40,026 nucleotides of DNA. Source: Candidatus Micrarchaeaceae archaeon. Its GTDB lineage: Archaea; Micrarchaeota; Micrarchaeia; Micrarchaeales; CABMGC01. Positions 34,213 to 40,026 of this stretch are shown piece after piece (the stretch's first letter is position 1; every line of letters starts with the position of its first letter). Both the position numbers and the translations under genes were made by a program. The stretch spans positions 1 to 40,026 of the forward strand of contig JAVZDR010000003.1 in NCBI GenBank assembly GCA_038873795.1. The letters run 5' to 3'. Under the pieces are notes generated by a model. It saw only the letters and a list, made by a program, of their open reading frames with translations, ran no database searches and was not told the DNA's origin.

Positions 34213-35814
34213 ATGGAGGGCAAAGATTCAGGCAAACTTTTCGTATTCAATACCCTGCATAGGGAGAAGGAGGAATTTGTACCGCGGGATGGCAAGAAAG
34301 TAAACATGTTTGTCTGCGGCCAGACTGTATACGATGATGCACATATGGGGCATGCAAAGACGTACATAAATTTTGACATAATCGTAAGGTGGCTCAGGTA
34401 TTTAGGCTATGAAGTAAAATACGTACAAAACATAACCGATATAGATGATAAGATAATTAACAGGGCAAAAGAGCGGGGAATTGATCCTATAGAGCTTGCA
34501 AGATATTATGAAAAGCGATTTTTTGAGGACATGGAAGCGCTTGGTGTAAAGCGTAATGTAGATATGTATCCCAGATCCCATGATTACATAAATAATATCA
34601 AAGACCAGATACAGCTGTTGATAGACAAGGGCTATGCATATAGGGTTGACGATGACATATATTATGATGTTTCTAAGTTTGCGGACTACACAAAGCTCTC
34701 AATGATGAAGATAGAGGATCTGGTTAAGCATAGGATAGAGCCTAGGGAGGGGAAGAAGAACAGCTATGACTTTGCATTGTGGAAGGCGGCAAAGGAGGGC
34801 GAACCGTCATGGCGCATAAAACTTGTGATTGGCGGCAACGAGGTAGAACTGAATGGCAGGCCGGGATGGCACATAGAAGATACAGCAATGACCTATGCCA
34901 TTTTTGGGCCACAATATGACATCCACGGCGGTGCCTCTGAACTTATTTTTCCACATCATACAAATGAAATAGCGCAATCAGAAGCCGCATTCGGAGTCAA
35001 GCCTTTCGTCAAATACTGGTTGCATTCTGGCGTGCTGAACATAAAATCGGAAAAAATGAGCAAGAGCCTAAAAAACTTCGTGAGGATAAGGGACGCGTTG
35101 GCAAAGTTTGATGCTGAAGAGATAAGGCTTTTCTATGCGTCAACACATTACAGGAAGGATATGGAATATGACGAATCATTATTAAATGAGGCAAAAAAGA
35201 AGCTGCATTATATTTATTCTTCATTCAGCATATTCTACAATTCAAAAGAGGCTGAAGCGAGCAATGCGGATGCGAGTGTGGCAGCAATAGTAGCGAGGCT
35301 GACTGAGGGATTCAATGCTGCAATGAATGATGACTTCAACACACCCTTGGCACTTTCGGCTTTGGTAGCTGCGATTTCAGACCTTAGAAGCATTGCAGAA
35401 TCAAATTCCAATATAGGCAAAAATGCAAAGGGCCTGGCGGTTTCCACTATATTAGGTCTTGCAGGCACATTGGGAATTCTTGAGAAGGATACTTACAAGC
35501 AACCACTTCCAAGCGATGTGGCAGAACTCATAAAAGAACGAGAAGAGCTAAGGAAAAAGGGTGACTACTCAAGCGCAGATGCCATACGGCAGAAAATACG
35601 CGATGAATATGGATATGAAATAGAAGACACAGAAAACGGACCTGTATGGTACAGAAAGAAAGTATCATGGCGCAATTTATTGTTGATTCTGGCTGCTTTC
35701 GGGAGTGCTGTGGCTCTGGTCGGCCTCTCCGGCGTGCTGGGCTGCATTCTCATCCACCCCTGGCCCGCGCCCGCCCCTTTTGATCTGCTTCCCTTGCTTC
35801 GCACCCGCAAATAG
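34213..35814 (+). CDS. cysS: Cysteinyl-tRNA synthetase with an unusual hydrophobic C-terminal extension
   Basis: VCGQTVYDDAHMGH, NITDIDDKII, DFALWK, GRPGWHIE, DIHGG, FPHH, KMSKS and MNDDFNT. Start placed at the ATG at 34213. Confidence 0.95.
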   Translation: MEGKDSGKLFVFNTLHREKEEFVPRDGKKVNMFVCGQTVYDDAHMGHAKTYINFDIIVRWLRYLGYEVKYVQNITDIDDKIINRAKERGIDPIELARYYEKRFFEDMEALGVKRNVDMYPRSHDYINNIKDQIQLLIDKGYAYRVDDDIYYDVSKFADYTKLSMMKIEDLVKHRIEPREGKKNSYDFALWKAAKEGEPSWRIKLVIGGNEVELNGRPGWHIEDTAMTYAIFGPQYDIHGGASELIFPHHTNEIAQSEAAFGVKPFVKYWLHSGVLNIKSEKMSKSLKNFVRIRDALAKFDAEEIRLFYASTHYRKDMEYDESLLNEAKKKLHYIYSSFSIFYNSKEAEASNADASVAAIVARLTEGFNAAMNDDFNTPLALSALVAAISDLRSIAESNSNIGKNAKGLAVSTILGLAGTLGILEKDTYKQPLPSDVAELIKEREELRKKGDYSSADAIRQKIRDEYGYEIEDTENGPVWYRKKVSWRNLLLILAAFGSAVALVGLSGVLGCILIHPWPAPAPFDLLPLLRTRK

Positions 35815-36165
35815 CAGATCAAGGTCCTCGTCTACCTTCGATTCCATCCACGCCTTTATGTACTGTGAAAAGTTCTTCATGGGTTTGGAGTATCTGTCTG
35901 TAAACGAATATGAGCCATTCTCATGCTTTAGCATGCCCACAGTTACCCCAAAATCCAAATATCTTTTCCATGTTGCAAGTGGCAGCTCGCTGCCGCAGTC
36001 CTTTAACCTGAGTGTGCCGCTTTTTTTTACAAGAGTGAGTGCCTTTGCAAATCTGTAGGCCTTTGTCTCATTTTCAAAAAATACGCTTGCTATATCTTTT
36101 ATGCTGGGGTTCTTTATTTTCTCCCTCATTGGTGCATCTTCGAATTCCCAGTATTTCAACGCCAT
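35677..36165 (-). CDS. Hypothetical protein, possibly winged-helix
   Basis: Helix/wing-like LPLATWKRYLDFGVTVGMLKHENGSYSF and a disordered tail. Start placed at the ATG at 36165. Confidence 0.7.
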   Translation of the reverse strand: MALKYWEFEDAPMREKIKNPSIKDIASVFFENETKAYRFAKALTLVKKSGTLRLKDCGSELPLATWKRYLDFGVTVGMLKHENGSYSFTDRYSKPMKNFSQYIKAWMESKVDEDLDLLFAGAKQGKQIKRGGRGPGVDENAAQHAGEADQSHSTPESSQNQQ

Positions 36166-36197
36166 CAAATCACATAGCAATATGTAGAAAAACAATA

Positions 36198-37316
36198 TTA
36201 GCCTTTTGCATAGGATATGGTCACCGTGTCGCCATCAAGCACGACGTGCTCTGGGCCAACCTTCTGGTTCTTGAACTTCGCGCTACGGCCACTAACATAA
36301 GCATACTTGAAATTTTTTGCCATCTCGGTGTGTATCTTCTTGGCAACGTCAATTATTGTGCTTCCTTTTTTGACTATCACCGGCTTTTCATAATCCGCTT
36401 CGCCGTTTTTGGGCTTGAGATAAATCCTTTGGAATTCAAGCATCTCAAATAGCCTGCTCTTCAGATTCTCTATGTTTTTCATCAGCAGTGCGCTTATTGG
36501 TATTACCTCCATGTGCACCCTCTTTTCTATTCTTTCAGCTTCCGCCTCAAAATCATTGACGAGGTCTATCTTGTTTAAGACCACAGCACCCTTTACATAA
36601 GCCCTATTTTTGGTAAGCGCGTAAATCACATCATCTTCGGTTGCATCTGACCTGAATGTCACTTCGGCATTGAAGATTTTGAATTCCGCAAGTATTTTTC
36701 TGATAGCTTCTTCCTTTGGTATTAGTCTTCCGCCGCTGTTTATTTTTATGCCACCTCTTGCCCGTTTCTCTATGATTATATCTGGAGGTGTTTCATTTAT
36801 CAGAACCCCAAACTTCTTCATGCCTTCGATCAGATCCAAAAGCGGGCCTGTGTTTGTCGCATCAGCCACGAACAAGAAAAGGTCAGCATTTCTCGCTGCA
36901 CTCATTATCTTCATGCTTCCCCCGCTGCCTTTGTATGCGTCTTCTATGAGCCCCGGCAAATCAAGCAGCTGTATCTTTGCGCCGTTATACAAAAGCATTC
37001 CTGGTATTACATCAACAGTTGTAAAAGCTCTCTCGGAAACAGTAGATTCTGCGTTTGTCAGCGCATTCAGGATGGAAGATTTGCCTGAATTTGGGAGGCC
37101 TATAAGTGCCACTGTTGCGTCTCCCTCCTTCTTGATCGAGAATCCGAAGCCTCTCTTGCTGCGCTTTGCAGAAATCTCCTTCTTTATTTTTGCAATCTTA
37201 GCTCTAAGCAAGCCAAGATGCTTGTCTGTGGCCTTGTTGTATTTCGTCTTTGAATATTCATCGGCAAGCTCCTCAAGTTTCTCCTCAAGTTTCCTGCTCG
37301 GCGCGCTGCCTTCCAT
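36198..37316 (-). CDS. DRG/Rbg-family (OBG clan) GTPase with a TGS domain
   Basis: YNKATDKH, GLPNSGKSS, AFTT, DLPG, NKID and C-terminal VGPEHVVLDGD. Start placed at the ATG at 37316. Confidence 0.92.
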   Translation of the reverse strand: MEGSAPSRKLEEKLEELADEYSKTKYNKATDKHLGLLRAKIAKIKKEISAKRSKRGFGFSIKKEGDATVALIGLPNSGKSSILNALTNAESTVSERAFTTVDVIPGMLLYNGAKIQLLDLPGLIEDAYKGSGGSMKIMSAARNADLFLFVADATNTGPLLDLIEGMKKFGVLINETPPDIIIEKRARGGIKINSGGRLIPKEEAIRKILAEFKIFNAEVTFRSDATEDDVIYALTKNRAYVKGAVVLNKIDLVNDFEAEAERIEKRVHMEVIPISALLMKNIENLKSRLFEMLEFQRIYLKPKNGEADYEKPVIVKKGSTIIDVAKKIHTEMAKNFKYAYVSGRSAKFKNQKVGPEHVVLDGDTVTISYAKG

Positions 37317-37418
37317 AAAATCGTGCAGATAATCACACAATAATATACACTTATATATGAATAAAAATGTCTATATTAAATATTTTTATGTAAAATAATT
37401 TTAACACTGGTAGATGAA

Positions 37419-37454
37419 ATGGCAAAGAAGAAGGGAAAGAAAGGAAAGAAATGA
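37419..37454 (+). CDS. Putative 11-aa Lys-rich micro-peptide MAKKKGKKGKK
   Basis: ATG GCA AAG AAG AAG GGA AAG AAA GGA AAG AAA TGA in an otherwise AT-rich gap, with a TATA-like element upstream and a T-tract downstream. Confidence 0.4.
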   Translation: MAKKKGKKGKK

Positions 37455-37487
37455 ATGATAAGTTTTGAGTTGTTTTCTTTTTTTGTT

Positions 37488-38792
37488 TTACATGCCCTGG
37501 ATGAATCTGCCAATCTTTTTTCTTAGGTTCCTATCATTTTTAAGCATCCCCATCATTTTTTTCATTTTTTCGAAATCGCTCACCAGCTGTCTCACATCTC
37601 TCTCGTCAGTACCGCTACCCTTTGCAACTCTCCTTACCCTAGAGGAATTGTGCATCAGTGCCTCATTCTCCTTTTCATCTTTGGTCATAGATCCTATAAT
37701 GGCTTCGTATTTCTTTAGTTTGCCCTCACTCTGGTCTAGAATGTTGCTAGGTATGTCCGGCATGCCCATCATGCCTATGATATTCTTCAATGGGCCCATC
37801 TTCTGCATCGCTTTGAGCTGAGCATAGAATGTCTCAAAGGTAAGCTTCTCGACATTTACGTCTTCAGGCTTTATGTTTGCTTCCCTTATTGCGTCGTTTA
37901 CCTTTGCTACTAGCCCCTCTATGTCTGGTATGCCAAGAAGGCGGCCCACATACTTTTTTGGATCGAACAATTCTATGGCATTGAGCTTCTCGCCAACTCC
38001 GATCATTGTCACCCTTGCTTTGGCTTCTTTTACTGCGCTCAAGGCTCCGCCGCCCTTCCCTGAGCCATCAAGCTTGGTTATTATAACGCCGTCAATTCCT
38101 ACAGCTTCGTTGAATCCTTTTGCCTGGGTGCCTGCAACCTGCCCTGTGTCTGCATTTATTACCAGAAGCTTTTCGTTAGGCTTGAATGCATCCGCTATTG
38201 TCTTGAGCTCATCTGTGAGCTCTTTATCGAGTGCATTTCGGCCACTAGAATCACAGATTAGGACTTTCTTGTCCCTTAGCTCGTGGAGCGCCCCAAAAAT
38301 TATCTTTTTTACGTCCTTTTCACCTTTTATGCCGTAAAATGCGACGTTAGCTTGTTTTGCCAAGGTTTCAAGCTGCTCATATGCTGCTGGCCTCGAGACA
38401 TCGCAGCAGATGAGTCCACTGCTTAGGCCCCTCTCTTGGTAAAATTTTGCAAGCTTTGCAGCAGTGGTGGTTTTGCCAGAGCCATATATCCCAAGTAGCA
38501 GTATCCTTTTCGGTTTTATTTCTGGGGTGTATGAATCGCCGACAAGCTTGACCAGCTCATCATAGACCATGTTCGTTATGTAGTCTTTTGGTGTTACTCC
38601 AGGTGGCAGCTTCTCATGAAGCGCAGCATCCTCTATCTTTTTAGTGAATTCGAGTACAAGGTTTACATCGACATCTGCGCTAAGCAAGGCCTTCTGCAGC
38701 TCATTGTTGAACTCCCTGATTGTCTTGGCGTCTATTATAGTGGCACCGCTGAGCCTTGCAATCGCCTTCCTCAAACCTTCGCCGAAATCCAT
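37488..38792 (-). CDS. srp54: Signal recognition particle protein SRP54
   Basis: ALLSADV, GIYGSGKTTT, RPAAYEQL, DSSGR, TKLDGSGKGGGALS and M-domain SRVRRVAKGSG. Start placed at the ATG at 38792. Confidence 0.96.
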   Translation of the reverse strand: MDFGEGLRKAIARLSGATIIDAKTIREFNNELQKALLSADVDVNLVLEFTKKIEDAALHEKLPPGVTPKDYITNMVYDELVKLVGDSYTPEIKPKRILLLGIYGSGKTTTAAKLAKFYQERGLSSGLICCDVSRPAAYEQLETLAKQANVAFYGIKGEKDVKKIIFGALHELRDKKVLICDSSGRNALDKELTDELKTIADAFKPNEKLLVINADTGQVAGTQAKGFNEAVGIDGVIITKLDGSGKGGGALSAVKEAKARVTMIGVGEKLNAIELFDPKKYVGRLLGIPDIEGLVAKVNDAIREANIKPEDVNVEKLTFETFYAQLKAMQKMGPLKNIIGMMGMPDIPSNILDQSEGKLKKYEAIIGSMTKDEKENEALMHNSSRVRRVAKGSGTDERDVRQLVSDFEKMKKMMGMLKNDRNLRKKIGRFIQGM

Positions 38793-38853
38793 CGGATAGC
38801 ACCAAAGATAAGGTATAAAATAATAGTATAGCAAAATATAATATTGTTAGTTA

Positions 38854-38928
38854 GGGCTCGTAGCTCAGCATGGTTAGAGCGGCGGTCTTATAAGCCGTAG
38901 GTCGAGAGTTCAAATCTCTCCGGGCCCA
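38854..38928 (+). tRNA. tRNA-Ile(UAU), intronless
   Basis: GGGCTCG/CGGGCCC acceptor with A73, D-arm GCTC/GAGC, anticodon arm GCGGT-CT-TAT-AA-GCCGT (TAT at 38889-38891), T-arm GAGAG-TTCAAAT-CTCTC. Confidence 0.9.
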
Positions 38929-39076
38929 CATTTCTTGGCAGGGTATATAAGCAAAAATTTCTTTTGGCGTAGGAGGAAGGTATAAACCATTGCTGTAGAG
39001 GTTGATTTACCTCGGCGGAAAGTATTTAAAAGTCTGCATCTATTATAAGCGTATTGCATTTACGTATGGTGTTAGT

Positions 39077-39190
39077 TTGGGAAGCATACCTAGAAAATGG
39101 AAAAAGAAAGGAAGAATGAGATGGAAATGGGTTAAGAAAAGGAGGAAGAGGATTAAGAGAGCCCAGAAGAGAAGGGTAGGCGAGCTTTAG
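39077..39190 (+). CDS. rpl41e: Ribosomal protein eL41 (L41e)
   Basis: [23 protein letters not shown] matches the archaeal L41e pattern. TTG start at 39077 after GGTG. Confidence 0.85.
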   Translation: MGSIPRKWKKKGRMRWKWVKKRRKRIKRAQKRRVGEL

Positions 39191-39191
39191 T

Positions 39192-39785
39192 CTAGGCTGT
39201 TAGGAGGGTCCGGCTTTGGTAGCGGCCCCTTTTCTCTATCTCGTGGAGCCTTTCTATTGTTGCTTTTGAATTTAAGGCTAGCCTTGCATATGCCCGCTCA
39301 AGCGTCGTGTACTGGGTTTTGTCCACCGCTCTTTTCATAAGGAGCAGGTCTATCGCCTTTTCCTCGGCGCTTGATGTCTGCTCAGCAAGGCCAAAATCTA
39401 TCACATACACATCGCTGCCGCTGACCAAAATGTTTGCGGGAGTAAAATCACCATGAGCTATGCCAGCATTATGCAGCTTTGCAAGATACGCACCTATTTT
39501 TGAAAAAGTTTCGGTCCCCACTTTTACATCCTTCAGCTGCCTGCCATGAACCTTATCCATATATATTGTATATTTGCTGAACGCAATGAGCCTCGGTACT
39601 TTGACCCCAACCTTGGCAGCATTGTGGAGCGCCCTTGCCTCCTTCTTTGTGCGCGCCTGCCTTATTTCTTCGTCAATCTTTGCTATCCTGTATCTCTTTG
39701 GCATTCTAACCTTTGCCACTACCTCTTTGCCGAAGATATTTACAACAAAGATTTCTGCCTCAGCGCCCTCACTTATCTTATGCAA
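39192..39785 (-). CDS. bud32: KEOPS kinase Bud32
   Basis: GAEA, RMPKRYR, RTKKEAR, HGDFTPAN and IDFGLA, with a C-terminal RGRY. Confidence 0.93.
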   Translation of the reverse strand: MHKISEGAEAEIFVVNIFGKEVVAKVRMPKRYRIAKIDEEIRQARTKKEARALHNAAKVGVKVPRLIAFSKYTIYMDKVHGRQLKDVKVGTETFSKIGAYLAKLHNAGIAHGDFTPANILVSGSDVYVIDFGLAEQTSSAEEKAIDLLLMKRAVDKTQYTTLERAYARLALNSKATIERLHEIEKRGRYQSRTLLTA

Positions 39786-40026
39786 TTACCCACCCCATGT
39801 CAAACTGGTCTACCCTGTAACGCTGCTGCACATTGCATTCCCGCAACGGCGTTGAATATCCATTGGCAAGCATCCTTTCCGCAACGTAAGCTATCATCGC
39901 GCCGTTGTCAGCATTGAGCTCATCGCTGGCATAGCCAAATTTTATCCTGTGTGACTTAGCCATTATGGAGAGCATCTCCTTTAGGCGCTTGCTCTGGGCA
40001 ACGCCGCCACAGACACAAAGCTCCTT
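39778..40026 (-). CDS. kae1: KEOPS t6A synthase Kae1, 3' end (truncated by the window edge)
   Basis: Frame reads ...LCVCGGVAQSKRLKEML...DNGAMIA...QRYRVD, and its stop overlaps the bud32 start. Confidence 0.9.
   Translation of the reverse strand, partial: KELCVCGGVAQSKRLKEMLSIMAKSHRIKFGYASDELNADNGAMIAYVAERMLANGYSTPLRECNVQQRYRVDQFDMGWVIA

Noticed and set aside
38998-39013. Small hairpin GAGGT-N6-ACCTC between tRNA-Ile and rpl41e
   Set aside because: A 5-bp stem is within chance expectation and has no other support.
1052-39917. Numerous antisense or alternative-frame ORFs in the track (e.g. 1415-2203, 19575-20120, 36670-37332)
   Set aside because: They are shadows of well-supported genes and have no recognisable motifs.

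Overview
Archaeal, gene-dense, mostly housekeeping chromosomal window. The gene set (archaeal AlaRS, SRP54, eL41, Kae1/Bud32, tRNAs with canonical 37/38 introns) and the protein style suggest a DPANN archaeon, most likely Micrarchaeota; this taxon call is an inference. Contents: alaS, cysS, scpAB, an 11-gene complex I-like nuo operon without NuoEFG, RPA, a PriL-PriX-type primase subunit, srp54, a DRG GTPase, KEOPS genes and four tRNAs (Ser-UGA and Tyr-GUA with introns, Asp-GUC, and a rare Ile-UAU). No CRISPR array, rRNA or intact transposase was seen. Best leads: (1) a 929-aa tandem Cdc48-like AAA ATPase whose N-domain is replaced by a polytopic membrane domain; (2) a 901-aa protein with a degenerate and an intact calcineurin-like phosphoesterase domain plus a long coiled coil, followed by a small unknown gene; (3) tRNA-Ile(UAU) next to KEOPS; (4) small elements missed by the ORF track: a 51-aa zinc-finger gene, an 11-aa Lys-rich micro-ORF and a 112-bp fold-back element with IS200/IS605-like ends. 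All family assignments come from motif recognition by eye, with no database searches.
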